Shown here piece by piece: positions 12,941-28,879 of a DNA stretch of 64,000 nucleotides. Source of the stretch: the human T2T-CHM13v2.0 reference genome, Homo sapiens. The stretch's first letter is position 1. The number at the start of each line of letters is the position of its first letter. The stretch lies in the NCBI RefSeq assembly GCF_009914755.1, contig NC_060927.1; one strand, 5' to 3'. The position numbers and the translations under genes are program-made. The notes under the pieces were generated by a model. It had not been told where the DNA came from. It did no database searches and saw nothing but the letters and a program-made list of their open reading frames with translations.

Positions 12941-13356
12941 AAGTTTTTCAAGCCACCCAGACTGTGGTGGTATTTTTATGGCAGTCCTAGCACACTAATA
13001 TAACTGTAGCATACGAATATACCTGCTCTGATCCTTAGAAACATGTAATCAAATATCCTTTGAATCATATCTATTAATTAGGATTGGTAATAGGAAGTGA
13101 CATAGTGAAGATTCAATTTATTGCTATAAATGCAAATGACTTACAGAAAAACAAACTAAAGACATTTAATTTAGTCCACAGTTAACTAAACTCAGCAGCA
13201 CATATGCCTCTCTAAGCTTACATTTTAGTCCTAAAGGATATGGAGATGATCAAAATCTACAAGACCTCTTCTTTTTTCAGTAGAAAAAAGGATATGTATG
13301 AAAATCTTCACAAACTATAATCATAATAAAATTCTAATGTCTATTATGATAAATAA

Positions 13357-13641
<285 letters not shown>

Positions 13642-13843
13642 TAATGGTAAGACATATGACCTCTACTGTGATTATTTCATCATCAACAATTATCTCTACT
13701 GTGTGACATGACTGCTTCAGATGCTTTCTCTTATATGTTTAGGCTAAAAATGTAGAATACTCTTTTAGAAATGTTTATTTAATTTATTACTAAGTATCTC
13801 ACACAAATGAACAATTGCAGAATAGAATTTAAAACACATTGAC

Positions 13844-14866
13844 TATATTAGTCAGCATTACTCAGGAAAACAGAAACTATATTAGTTATTTTAGCTGAGG
13901 GGATTTAATTATAGAGAATGGTTAAATTCCTTAAATTTTATGTGCGAGGAGACTAACAATAACAGGGGACCCTGAAGTAGCATAAAGAGAACAACTACAG
14001 GGACACTTTTACACTGTTGGTGGGACTGTAAACTAGTTCAACCATTGTGGAAGACAGTGTGGCGATTCCTCAAGGATCTAGAACTAGAAATACCATTTGA
14101 CCCAGCCATCCCATTACTGGGTATATACCCAAAGGATTATAAATCATGCTGCTATAAAGACACATGCACATGTATGTTTATTGTGGCACTATTCACAATA
14201 GCAAAGACTTGGAACCAAGCCAAATGTCCAACAATGATAGACTAGATTAAGAAAATGTGGCACATATACACCATAGAACACTATGCAGCCATAAAAAAGG
14301 ATGAATTCACGTCCTTTGTAGGGACATGGATGAAGCTGGAAACTGTCATTCTCAGCAAACCATCGCAAGGACAAAAAACCAAACACCGCATGTTCTCACT
14401 CATAGGTAGGAATTGAACAATGAGAACACATGGACACAGGAAGGGGAACATCACACACCAGGGCCTGTTGTGGGGTGGGAGGAGGGGGGAGGGATAGCAT
14501 TAGGAGATATACCTAATGTTAAATGATGAGTTAATGAGTGCAGCATACCAACAAGGCACATGTATACATATGTAACTAACCTGCACGTTGTGCACACGTA
14601 CCCTAAAACTTAAAGTATAATAAAAAATAAAAATAAAAAATAAACAACTACACGAAACAGTTACCCATTCTAGGCCTGGATGAACAAAGAGTAAAAGTTA
14701 GAGTACTGGAATCTACCTACAAGTTTAAACAAACAGCTGAATGGAACTAACTGTGATCCAGATTTCTCATAAGGGGGATGCTACTGGTATCAATGACTGC
14801 TGGTCTCAACAGGCTAGATACTACTGGTATCAGTGAGGTGGAGATAGGGTGCACTGAAGCTGGTCC
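13844..14866 (-). mobile_element. Ancient ERV LTR (LTR78/LTR79-like) split by the L1PA insertion
   Basis: 'tatattagtcagcattactcaggaaaacagaaactatattagttattt..ggatttaat' and a continuation after the L1 TSD; family uncertain. Confidence 0.4.
14000..14642 (+). mobile_element. 5'-truncated L1PA (PA4/PA5-like), ORF2 C-terminus plus 3'UTR
   Basis: Canonical L1PA 3' end; A-rich tail; TSD aacaactaca at 13990-13999 and 14643-14652. Confidence 0.97.
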
Positions 14867-15526
14867 TTTAAGTAAGAATAGAGGCTAAGTTTATAACTGA
14901 AATAATAGCCTAAAAACTAATACATAAACCAGATTTTAACAGCTGTTTGAATGTTGTCCTATTTCATTCAGATTATTAGGTTTACTTGTTTTTCTGAGTT
15001 TTTTAAAAATACATATTTATAGAAAATAAAATGAGAAAGCAACTATTTCACACTTTTAATTATGTTGTCTCTGTACATATATATATATATTTATTATTTT
15101 GGGTATGCAATTCAACATAATAAATAGTTTATATAACCAAGTATTTAAAATGGCCCCAAAATATTATTAAAATTATTTTTGTGTCACCATTTATGAAACT
15201 GAAACAAGTCTGCAAAACATGCTCAGAAGTTTGGAGAATGACAAGTTGAAAAAAATTCAAATTTATTTCTGGACAAGCTTACTACTTCCAGGTGTATAAG
15301 AGTTCATTTACTGATGTTAGCAGCAGCAGCCTAGCAGCCTGGGTGATTTAATTTTACATAGAAGTATGAGGTGTTTATCTCACCTTAACGTAAGTAATCT
15401 GGCCCAGATACAGATAAAATTGTATGAGGACTGTTCAATTGTAATTTCACCTAAAAAGAAAAAAAAAACACACACACACACACAAACATAAAACCAGAAA
15501 CCAGCCGTGAGATTGTACTAACTTCA

Positions 15527-16180
15527 CAGAACTACTACATCATACAACAATCTCACTTCTAGGTGTAATCCAAAATAAATGAAAGCAGTGTGTTGAAGAG
15601 TTATCTATATCCCCATGTTTAGTGCACCACTATTTAGAATAGTCAAACTATGAAATCAACCTAAGTGTGCATCAACAGATGAATGAATAAAGAAAAAGTG
15701 GTACATATACACTGTGATGGTTAATACTGAGTGTCATCTTGATTGGACTGAGGACGCAAGTATTGATCCTGGGTGTGTCTGTGAGGGTGTTTCCAAAGGA
15801 GATTAACATTTGAGTCAGTGGGCTAGGGAAGGCAAACCCACCCTTAATCTGGTGGACACAATATAATCAGCTGCCAGTGAATATAAAGCAGGCAGAAAAA
15901 AGTGAAAAAGTGGGACTGGCCTAGCCTCCCAGCCTACATCTTTCTCCCATGATGCTTCCTGCCCTCGAACTTTGGACTCCAAGTTCTTTAGTTTTGAGAC
16001 TTGAACTGGCTTTCCTGCTTCTCAAGCTTGCAGAAAGCCTGTTGTGGCAGCTTGTGATCATGTAAATTAATACTTAATAAACTCCTTTATGTATCTATCC
16101 TATTAGTTCTGTCCCTCTGGAGAACCCTGACTAATGCATACACAATTGAATATTATTCAGACTTCTAAAAGAAATTCTAC
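15527..16180 (+). mobile_element. L1M(A/B) ORF2-end fragment split by MLT2A1
   Basis: 'aatcaacctaagtgtgcatcaacagatgaatgaataaagaaaaagtggtacatatacac|aattgaatattattcag'. Confidence 0.75.
15713..16138 (+). mobile_element. MLT2A1 solo LTR (HERV-L)
   Basis: TGTGATGGTTAATACTGAGTGTCA start; 'gagaaccctgactaatgCA' end; 426 bp; perfect 5-bp TSD tacac (15708-15712, 16139-16143). Confidence 0.93.
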
Positions 16181-16189
16181 CTATTTTTA

Positions 16190-16475
16190 AAACTAGGTTT
16201 GCCTTTCATTACTGAGATTTAAGGGCCCTTTACATATTGTGGCTAGCAGATACAAGTCTTTTCTAAGACCTATAGTTTTCAGATATATTCTCCAATCCTG
16301 TGGTTGTTTGACTTTGATGATGGTATCTTTTTGAAGCATAAAGGTTTTTAATTTTGATAAATCCAATTTATCTATTTTCTCTTTTGTTGCTTATTCTTTA
16401 GGTGCAATAGTTAAGAATTCACTGACAATCCAAGGCCATGAAAATTTACTCGTATGTTTAATTATAAAAGTTTTT
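16190..16475 (-). mobile_element. Old L1M ORF2 fragment
   Basis: 'ttgaagcataaaggtttttaattttgataaatccaatttatctatttt..caaggccatgaaaatttactc'. Confidence 0.7.
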
Positions 16476-16477
16476 AA

Positions 16478-16780
16478 TAGTGTCCTTCAAAAATTCATGT
16501 CCACCTGCAATCTGTGAATATGCCCTCATTGGGAAATAGAGTCTTTTCAGATAGAATCAAATTATTATGAAGTCATACAGGATTTGGGTGGTCCTAAATT
16601 CAATATGACTGGTCTCTTAAAAAAAGAGAAAAATTTGGACACAAATACACATGGAGGGTAAGTGGGCATGTCATAATGAAGGCATAAATTAGAGCTAGGC
16701 TGCCACAAACCAAGAAATGCTGAAGATTTCCAGCAACCACTGAAAGCTATGAAGAGGCAAGGGAGAATTCCATTCTCCCT
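16478..16780 (+). mobile_element. MLT1C LTR fragment
   Basis: 'aaaattcatgtccacc..ccacaaaccaagaaatgctgaagatttccagcaaccac..gaagaggcaagg'. Confidence 0.75.
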
Positions 16781-16963
16781 CCTCCCAGCCTCCTGGTCTT
16801 CTTATTGCTACTTGCTTTTTTGTTTAGTGACTGGTTGGATTATATTAATGAAAGTTAACCACCACCACAAACACACAATATTCACTCTCTGCTTCTGCTC
16901 GTGAGTGAGCAGTCCTTTGGATATTCCCACAGTCACTTTAAACTCTGGGGCAACAGTGCTTAG

Positions 16964-18991
<2,028 letters not shown>

Positions 18992-20194
18992 CACACTTTG
19001 GTATTATTTTAGTAACTAATAAGACTTCATTCAGAATTAGAACAAAGATCTAATTACTCAGTAAGCTACTTTCCTTTAATACTGATGCTTGATATCCCAA
19101 GCATATTTTGTTACCTAAAAAATATTTATATTATTGCATTGATTAAAAATAAAAATATATTCAAAATATTAAAAAAGAAAAGAAGTCTACTGGTAGAAAA
19201 GCAATTCTCTCTAAAACTGTGCTAAATAGGGTATACCACACTATTTCCTTCTTAAAATAGTTTGCATCTCTTGATTCTTATAAAGGTCTACCTTCAACTT
19301 AATCTCACCATTGCGAGTATTTTTATTTCAATGTCCTTGCAGAAGAAATTTCTGAAAAGAACTATAGAAGGTATTTGATTTTCCACTTTTATTTGGAAAA
19401 ATGTCTACTGGATGAATTAAATCAATGTTTTTACACAACAATTATTTATATTTGTGCTTATTCCCTCTTTCTCTCTGTTTCTCTCTCTCTCTCTTAAAAT
19501 TTTGTTTGAGGAGTATAAGGACCAATATTGAAATCAATCAAACAACAAAAACAAATCTATTCCAAGGCAGGTAGAAAAACACATTTGCTTTATCATTTCT
19601 TCACTGAAAACACCCCTTGGATTGTAACTAGTATCTTTTTCAAAGAAAGAGATTTGTAAAATAGTTCTTTCAGAGTATATTACCTGAAACTCAACACACT
19701 TACTAGAAACGCAGCACTATATTATAGACACAATGTGTTTTTTAGTATATGACAACAATAAAGTATTATCAGGAAGTATGTGTATCACCATATTAACTGA
19801 TTGATTGAAATAAATGTGCCATAGTTTATTCAATATATATTTATATTTAATATCTGTAACCTATGAATAAAAAATAAGCACTCTGGTGTCAAAGCTTAGA
19901 ATGTCAACAATACCATCTTTTGTGCTTTTTGGAGTGCTTTCAAAATGTTGTCTTCTAAGAGTCAGTTTAGAGACTAGAAGGTGAGAGAAAGTAATATAGG
20001 CTAGGTATACTTCATGACCCAAAATCACTGATATTTTGGTCTTTTTGCAGTGTGGAACTACACATGAGAAAAACAAAAGAAAAGATATTTTAGAGGCAGA
20101 GACTGTGTGTGTGCGTGTTTTGATGTAATATTTTTTTTTATTTTTTCATTTTCCATATAGCATCTAGTAGATTATCTTGTTAAAGTAGCTCATA

Positions 20195-20464
20195 GCCGGG
20201 TGCGGTGGCTCATGGAATCCCAGCACTTTGGGAGGCAGAAACCGGTGGACCACTTGAGGTCAGGAGTTTGAGACCAGCCAGGCCAACATGGTGAACCCTG
20301 CTCCTAGTAAAAATACAAAAATTAGCCCGGCGTGATGGCTGGCGGGCGCGTGTAATCCCAGCTGCTCGGGAGGCTGACGCAGGAGACTCGAGATTGTGCC
20401 ACTGCACTCCAGTCTGGGCAACAGAGCGAGAGTCCATCTCAAAAAAAAAAAAAAAAAAAAAAAA
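20195..20464 (+). mobile_element. AluS with an internal right-arm deletion
   Basis: TSD gtagctcata (20185-20194, 20466-20475); A24 tail; 'caggagactcgagattg' lacks about 35 bp. Confidence 0.95.
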
Positions 20465-21834
20465 TGTAGCTCATAACCAGATTTCTGACCAAATAAAACA
20501 GCAAGAGGAAATGTTTGGTCACTCATATGCCAAAGAGTAATGTCAGGAAAAAGATAAATGAAGGAGGGAGAAGAAAAAAAAAAAGACAAAGAAAAAAATA
20601 GATTTTTTTTTCCAAAAAAAAAACCAAGCAAAGGAGAAGAAGGGAAGAAAGGGAAGGAAAGTGTTAAAAAGAGAGGAAGAGACAGAAAATAAAGTGAAAT
20701 AGTAAAATGGATGAAAATTTTTCTCTCTTTTTCTTTATTTATTTTTATTTTTATTTTTATTTTGGCTTTCAAGTCAAATTGTGACAATGGATATCTGTGC
20801 AATTGACTCTCATGGCTCAGAGGTAGATTGGATTCATAGACATGAGTGTAACCCCAGGGGCTGTGCCCCTCTGCTTTAATAGTGATGCACAGTTACTTCT
20901 CTAGAGAAAATTTGCTTAAGTATATTCTCACAATGACACCATTCACTTTTGTTACCACTGAGCTAGGAGGTAGTAATGTAAATCATTTCTTTACACATTA
21001 TTTTGGAGAAAAGTGAGGTGGGTGATGGGGCATATATAATCTATAATTAACTAATGTTGAAATAATTTAATTTTTTGTCAGTGGCTGCTATTCTTACTTT
21101 GGAAGTACTTGAGTTTAAATACAAAAAAAAAGGTTAAAAATTATATTGGTTAGGAATGCATCAATGAAGTTTCAGTCATCAAAAACAGCATAAGAATTAC
21201 CGAAAAAAGGTTGACCATTCTATATTGAGCTATATGTGCTTATCAATAAACTTGAAGTCTGATAGAAGAGTACATCTCAGTTTAAGCATTTAATAATGAG
21301 TTTTTCCAGTAAATATTTATTAGGATTTATTTTTTACTTGTTCTAAAAAATATAAAAATTTCTTTAAGCTAATAAATAGCCATAAGAATTTTCCTTTAAC
21401 TTTTTATCACAATCAGGTGTGGAACCTTATCTATAGTGTATTTAAAAAAACTTTCAAAAACACGTGTCCCATTTTAAAACATTACTGAAAATTAAGGTCT
21501 TAGAAATTTAATATTGCCATTCTTCTACATCACAACGTTGATTGACTTTATCTTGATGAACTAAGTCATTTTTGTTTTTCTAATAGGACTTATCAATTAC
21601 CTTTGCATTTTAAAATTTTATATTAAAAATAGTATAGAGTAAACCATATTACTGATAATTAACTTAAAAAATGTAGTCTACTTTATACATGCTATGGGAA
21701 ATAAAATGGGAAGCTTTGTTAGTTAAGAAGTTTTGTTAGTTAAGGTAGTGCTTTTTAAAGGAAAATATTCATGCATCCATTTTTATATTCAGTTTTGAAA
21801 AACTCCAAGTGTTTTATAATTCTCGCAGGAGACA

Positions 21835-22010
21835 CAGTTTGGTTTAATGGTTAAGAGGACAGAGAAACTTGGATCTGAATTCTGACTCAACTATATGGTT
21901 TTATTGCCCTTTACATAATATCCCTGAACCTCAGTATAATCATAATTTTAACCCATTTAGAGAACACTAATAAGAGTGAAATAAATTGATAAAGGTTAGT
22001 GAATAATTAT
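21835..22010 (+). mobile_element. MIR SINE
   Basis: 'taatggttaagagga..ggatctgaattctgactc..ctgaacctcagt'. Confidence 0.55.
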
Positions 22011-22054
22011 TAGTTGCCTTTTGGATTTTAAGCAATTTATATAATACTTTAAAT

Positions 22055-23095
22055 AAAATTTTTATTGTAGAATAATTTTAAGTTTACAGAAATTTTGCAA
22101 AGGTAGTGCAAAGTTTCTAATATATGCCACACCTAATGTCTTATTATTATACATTAGTATAGTATGTCATTAATATCACACATTAGTGTGATACAATTAA
22201 TGAACCAATATGGATACGTGATTATTTACTAACATTCATACTTTACTCATTTTTTTTAACCTATCCTTTTCTCTTCCAGAATCCCATCCAGGACACACAT
22301 TACATATAGTAAAACTGTCTCCTTAGCTGTGAAAGTTTCTCAGAGTCTTTCCTTTTTGATGACCCTAACAGTTTTGACGGTTACCAGTCAGGCATTTGTA
22401 GATAATCCTCAAATGGAATTTGTCTGATATTTTTCTCATGACTAGATGAAGCTTATGGATTTAGGGAAGGAAGACCACAGAGTGGGATGCCCATCACATC
22501 ATATCAGGGGTGTATATATCAACATGACTAATCTTTGTTTATGTTAACCTTAATCATGTGGCTGTGGTAGTGTTTGTCAGTTTTCTCCAATGTAAAGTGA
22601 CTTCCCCAACTTTTTCATGCTTCATTTACCCATGCTTTGGAAGAAAGTCATTATATGCAGCTCACTCTTCTGGAGTGAGGAGTTATTATTCACCTCCTTA
22701 AAGGCAGAGTATCCATGTAAATTACTTGGAATTTTGCATATGTATTTATTCTTACCATTTGTTTATTTATTTAATAATATATTTATATCAGTGTAAATTC
22801 ATGGGTTTTTTTTCTTTACACATTGCCATCTAATTCAAAATTATTTACATTGTTGCTCAGTGTTTTAGCTGTGGTTATTAGAAATCTTTACATAAGCTTC
22901 TGTGTCCCTTTGACATAACCTGCTCATCACGGGTTATTCATTTTTTTATTTTCAGGACTTTCTTACTTTCTGCACTACTAGATGTTCCAGATTCATCATG
23001 TATATTTCTTGTTTCAGTAGAATTAGTCCTTTCTCCAAGGAGCACTTGTTTCTTTATTGTATAATAATATTAGAAACCAATAACTGTGTAGGTTT
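22055..23095 (-). mobile_element. L1MC (L1MC4-like) 3' end
   Basis: 'ataattttaagtttacagaaattttgcaaaggtagt', 'ttccagaatcccatccaggacac', 'gggaaggaagaccacagag'. Confidence 0.8.
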
Positions 23096-23479
23096 ACATA
23101 AAATTTAATGAGAGTTACTTTTAATAAATTTTTGAAATGTAAGGAATCATATATGTAAAGAATGACATTCAACTTTGTATCTTCATGGCATACTGTAAAT
23201 TTTAGTCAATTACAAAAGAAAAAATGTATATATTCCCCCAAATATGTATTTGTGTATCTCAATTTTGTATACAGTATATAATTTTAAAAATATACATATA
23301 TGATACATTAACTATTTTACATATAATAGTAATATAAATTATATTAGTTATATATAAGTATTATATCATGTGATTACACACATATACAAAATGGACAATT
23401 TTAATATACTTAAATATAATGTAACTGTCTGCATTAATTTATTAAGCAAACAAGTTTAGAAAAAAATGTAATAAACATA

Positions 23480-24116
23480 AGATATGGTCTGAATATTTGT
23501 GTCCCTCCAAAATTCTTCTGTTTAAACCTAACCTCTAAAGCAATGCTATTAAGACGTGATGCTTTAAGATTTGATTAGATACTGAGTGCACTATCTTTAT
23601 AAATGGGATTAGTGGACTTATAAGAGAGACCTGAGCTGGGTGCAGTGGCTCATGCCTGTAATCCCAGCACCTTGGGAAGCCAAGGCAGGCAGATCACTTG
23701 AGGTCAGGAGTTTGAGACCAGCCTGGACAGCATGGAGAAACCATGTCTCTACTAAAAATACAAAAATTAGCTGGGAATGGTGACAGGCACCTGTAATGTC
23801 AGATACTAGGGAGGCTGAGGCAGGAGAATTGTTTGAACCCAGGAGGCGGAGGTTGCAGTTGGCAGAGATTGTGCCACTGTACTACAGCGTGGGCGACAGA
23901 GCAAGACTCCATCTCAAAAAAAAAAAATGCCTGAGGGAGCTTATTCACCTCTTCTACCATGTGAGGTACATAGAAGACACCATCCATGAGGTACAGATCC
24001 TCACCAGACATGAAATCTGCTGGGTTCTTGATCTTGGACTTCCCAGCCTCCAGGACTGTGAGCAATACATTTCTGTTGTATATATTTTGTTATAGCGACC
24101 AGAACAGACTAAGACA
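23480..24116 (+). mobile_element. MaLR solo LTR (MLT1A/MSTD-like) interrupted by an Alu
   Basis: 'atatggtctgaatatttgtgtccctccaaaattc' ... 'ttggacttcccagcctccaggactgtgag..cagactaagaca'. Confidence 0.85.
23634..23927 (+). mobile_element. AluS (Sx/Sz-like)
   Basis: Full dimer with poly(A); flanking cctga repeat. Confidence 0.95.
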
Positions 24117-25023
24117 GCGTATAGTATATTGTTAAAAACACACTTACTTAAAGAAAGTATCCTTTGCCATGTTTAATCAAATTATTGCTAAATAAATAAA
24201 TACATCAAATTGATTGATAGAAGTTATCTTACCGGAGAAAAGTTAGAATCCCAGGTCCTCTTTAGGGATAAATATTATTCTTTTAATCCATTCTTATGAT
24301 CTATTTTTCAAAGTGCTTACGTATTGTGAATGATGTGGAATTGCACAAAGACAATAGATGCAAGGGAAAAATAGTTCAAAGAAACATCTGTATTGATATA
24401 ATCACAAAACTGAAGGGCATTCAAAAAATATTGCCTTGTTATCCCAAGTTAACCATTACTTATAACAGCCAGAATACTTGATGATCATATATGCAGATGA
24501 TATCTGAAAAGTAAATTTAAAAATTAATTATTTCTGTTGGTCCCCTCTAAGTTCAGTATTTTTCCTGGGCTACTTTCAAGATCTGAAAAGCAATAACTGA
24601 GAAGGAAGCACTGCAAACTTGCCTCGGGCTGGTCCCACACAAAATTACCATAACCATTTTCACTTTTTTTTTTTTTAACTAGCCATTTCGAGAAAAGAAC
24701 AAATAGGCAAAATTTCCATCAGTCAAAAGATTTATTAAGTTGTATGAAGACATCCTCTCTTCATGCCTCCACTCAACCCCAAACTTAAAGCATAAACATA
24801 TTTTATTTTACTCTATATACTTTATTCCATCATAGTTACTTTCCAAAAAAAAGCCATTGCATATTTGTCCCAGAGTAGAACAAATTTAGTTATGTTTTTA
24901 AGTTACTAAAAATTATCTAATATATTCTACTACTTATAAAAATGTAAAATACATTATTTCTGTGATGAAATTTCTGTGTTTGAAATTTGTCACTAATTCA
25001 GACAGTGAAAGTCACAATACTCT

Positions 25024-25622
25024 TGAGGTAGGATAGGCTGTCAAGGGAGTAACTATGTCCTTGGGACATGACAGCCTTGGGACTGTACAGTCAACACAAT
25101 TAGCCCCACTGTTTGCACTGTCGTCAAGGTTATTCAAGCAAAGCTATCTCCAATAGAGAATTTTCCCTATAGAGAGCATGTATATTTTGATTTTACCTGT
25201 GTTCAGACTGACTCTTTGCTCATTATAATAGTAAAATCACAACCTTAGGTGGAGATTTAAGATGCTAATGAGAAATGTGATATATGAACAAGCATCCACA
25301 GTTACTTCACATGTGTGCCCAGAGGACCACCCAGAACATCCCTACTATAACAACTCTCCCCACACCCTCATGAATAATCATGTAGGACTCCCATAAAGGG
25401 AGTCTCCCTCGTGTTAGTTTTTCCTGTCTCATTCTAACGAACAGACCACACTAAATTCACTCTCTCTTAGGGTGCACTGTCTATTCCGTTCTTAACTTTC
25501 AAAATATTCTTTTTCCTTTGCAATAAATTGCTCTGTGCTGCATTTCCTTTGCTGTGTATCTCTTGTTTAAATTATTTTAAACTAAGAAGTCAAGAACCAA
25601 GTTCTCACAACAGCTGTCAACA
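25024..25622 (+). mobile_element. ERV1-class solo LTR (MER4-group, LTR36/LTR29-like)
   Basis: TG...CA ends, perfect 4-bp TSD ctct (25020-25023, 25623-25626), AATAAA near the 3' end; subfamily uncertain. Confidence 0.8.
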
Positions 25623-25711
25623 CTCTGAGATATTGATATTCCTGATTGCAAGACCCACAAAATGTCTCTGAAATTGAAATAAAAACATTCATATGATTAC
25701 TGGTAGCTACA

Positions 25712-26080
25712 TGATATGGTTTTGCTCTGTGTCCCCACCCAAATCTCATCTTTTAGCTCCCATAATTCCTACATTTTGTGGGAGGATCTTGGTGGGAGAT
25801 GACTGAATCATGGGAGTGGGTCTTTCTCATGCTGTTCTCATGATAGCGAATGGGTCTCACTAGATCTGATGGTTTAAAAAAAAATGGGAGTTTCTCTGCA
25901 CAAGCTGTCTTTTGCCTGCTGCCATCCACATAAGATGTAACTTGCTCCTCTTCACCTTCCACTGTGATTGTGAGGCCTCCCCTGTAATGTTGAACTGTAA
26001 GTCCAATTAAACTTCTTTCTTTTATAAATTGCCAAGTCTCGGGTACGTCTTTATCAGTAGTATGAAAACAGGCTAATACA
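25712..26080 (+). mobile_element. THE1 solo LTR (THE1A-like)
   Basis: TGATATGGTTT..gtgtccccacccaaatctcatc start; 'ggctaataCA' end; perfect 5-bp TSD ctaca (25707-25711, 26081-26085). Confidence 0.95.
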
Positions 26081-26282
26081 CTACATAATGTGGTACAGGT
26101 ATCCACAAATGTAGAGGAAAGTACATTTTTCATAATTTATTTAAATTGGTTGTATAAGCATGATAAAATTTGCTACCGTTTTTAATAATGGCCAAAATTT
26201 AACCATATGACTATAAATTTTATTATCTAATATTTTTTAGAAAGTAAATGTACAACTTACTTTTTTGTTTTGTCTAGATTGC

Positions 26283-26797
26283 TTTTTAAATGGATGCATA
26301 TTTACATAGCCTCAGGGTACATGTGATAATTTAATACATTAATATAATCTGTAACGATCAAATCAGTGTACTTGAGATATTCATCACTTTAAATATTTCT
26401 CTTTTCATTATGCTAGAACCATTCTAATTCTTCCTCTCTAGCTATTTTGCAATATAAAATACTTTATTGTAAACAGCATTAGGTCTTATTTCTTCTAGCA
26501 AGCTATACACCTGTACCCATTAATCAGCTTCTTTTCATCCCCCTCTCCTCCTTACCCTGCTTAGCCTCTGGTAACGACCACCCTACTTTCTATCTTCATG
26601 AGATCCAAATTTTTGGCTCCCACATGTAAGAGAGGAGACGCAATGTCTTTCTATGCCCAGTTTATTTCCCTTAACATAAAGTCCTCCAATTCCATATATA
26701 GTTGCAGATGACAAGATTTGGTTGTTTTTTGTGGCTGAATAATGACCCCATTATGTATACATACCATATTTTCCTTATTCATTCATCCATTGATTGA
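26283..26797 (-). mobile_element. L1MA (MA4-6-like) 3' end
   Basis: 'gggtacatgtgataatttaatac..gatcaaatcagtgta..agcctctggtaacgacca..cattcatccattgat'. Confidence 0.85.
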
Positions 26798-28879
26798 ATT
26801 TTCTTTTTCTGTACAAATTCATATATTTTTCAGATTCTACTTAAGCAAAAGTGTTTTGATCCTGAATAAAATTTAAATGTTAAAAATGCATCTCCTAAAA
26901 TATGTGTATTAAGCTTTTATAAAAAATTAAACTTTAGTGTTTTATGTGATTTGACTATATAATAAAATATTCTCTAGATTCATAAATTTAGTATTCATAG
27001 TTTAAATTTTATTGGTTTCTAGGTCCTGATAAATTTCCAAACCTGTCCAAGTACTGATTTAACCACCAAAGATTATGCTTTTCTGTGTGTGAGATTATGC
27101 TTTCTTGTACGTATGAGATTAGAAGATATTTTCATGTAACATTAAAAATCATTATAAATGTTGACGTTAACTCATTACTAATAAGTATTACAAAGTAATT
27201 AATGAGATGTTATTTTTATGTAATGGCTTTGATACTAATCATCTAATAAATATCTTTTAAACTTTATAAAATTTGGAAGTAGAAAATTATAGTTTATGTT
27301 TCACACACACATTTTTCACAATCAATTTGTCATTCTTTTGATTTGAATTAGCTTGGGCCAAAAGTAAAAATCTCATTTTTCTTATCCACCTCCAATTCTC
27401 TGAGTGTGCACTTTTTGGTTAAAATCAAAACTAGATTAAAAGCACAGATATCATAAGAGGCAGATTCTTGAGCCATTTCCTGCTGTTCTTAAATCTATGC
27501 TTTTTTGTCTAACTCTTTCTGGATGGAGAATAATGTGTTTTTTATTTCCTTATTTCCATTTTTTGGATTGCCTTCAGTATAGCACCAACAAACTGACAGT
27601 TTTAAGTTAAGAAAGTGCTCATGAAAGGGATAAAGTAAAATAGGGACCTTTAGAGCATCTTTTTTCTCCACAATCCTCTCTTTCTTCAGCTAAATGGAAG
27701 TAGCAGCAATCACAGCTTTTTATGTTAGTGTTGGCATTTTATAAAGACTATATGCAGCACATTATTAATCATTTTATAGTGATATTTTAGATTAAATTAA
27801 TATTTTATGTTATTTTATAATTACATTTTATCTGCATATCTATTTTTCATTGATTATTGTTACACTATATTATGTACAAATAATGAATATGGGGCATTGG
27901 CTGTAAATTTCTGTATGACAGCCAGAGTATTAAAATATCAAGTTAGGTATACCTTTGTTGACCACTAGTTAATATATTAATAAGAGTTATTTCAGTGGTA
28001 AGCATGGCATAGTTCCTTCCCGATGAAGCATAACATGCTTTTTAAAAGGTAAAACAACAAGTTAGTGGGCAATTACTCAAAGTGTTAAGTACCTGGGAAG
28101 TAGAAATCATAAATGAGAGTCATGTAATAAAGTCCTCTTGGCTTATGTATGGAAGGGAGCCAGTCAGCAGAGAACTAAAGGCATTCACAAAATAAATTAC
28201 AGATAAACTGAAGCATTAAGATCAAAGTTAGCCAGTCAAGAAGGTGAAGCATAGAAAACAGTATGTTCCAGCTTTCAGTGGCTAGGGAAAGAGTACCACA
28301 ATTAAGCAACTGAAAAGACATTTTAGTGGGGACATGGGGAGAAAAAAATTACAGGAAAAGAGGGTAAACAGGCAAGCGGAAACCAAGCATACCTTATTTT
28401 GGAAGTCATGTAAATAAAGTTTGAATTTTATTATCAGATCACTAGTTTACAGTCCTTTTCTTATTTAGGAAAAAGCAATGAATGATGCTAATTGGTAATG
28501 GAGATTAGGTTTTGAATATCCTAAGTCAGTCAAGGAAGAAATTACACACATACCTGATGTGTTGTTTTCAGATAAACATAGATAACTGGTATTTATTAAT
28601 AAACTATTAGGTTAAACTTATAATTTATATTGCTAGGGAATTTGGTAAATAATGCCTAGAATTTAGAAGAAGAATGAAATGAACAGTTTCTAGCATAAAA
28701 AAAGAAAAGCCATACAGAAGTTCCTTGAGACCGGAATATATCTCTGGAACTAGTGTCAAGAAAAAAGTAGAGCCTGGCAAAGCCATAGTCACTGGGGAAT
28801 ATCTACCCTGACATCTATGGTTGCTGCTTTCAGGTAGAGGACATTAAGTGGTCAGTTATTTACAAAGGGAGTAGAATAA

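Larger units (their letters stand above)
11744..13002 (+). mobile_element. MLT1B solo LTR interrupted by an AluJ and several microsatellites
   Basis: Start 'tgttgtatgtcgaattgtgccc..gttgaagccctaaccc..cctcagaatgtg'; resumes at 12501 'agaatgggactgtatttggaaatagggtctttaaagag'; end 'ggcagtcctagcacactaata'. Confidence 0.85.

Noticed and set aside
12341-12951. Gly/Arg/Glu-rich and His/Thr-rich ORFs
   Set aside because: Translations of the purine tract and microsatellites.
20210-20802. 180-aa minus-strand ORF
   Set aside because: Antisense Alu plus low-complexity T-rich sequence.
25970-25995. PRDM9 hotspot 13-mer (CCNCCNTNNCCNC) in the THE1 LTR
   Set aside because: The site reads CCTCCCCTGTAAT, which does not match the motif.
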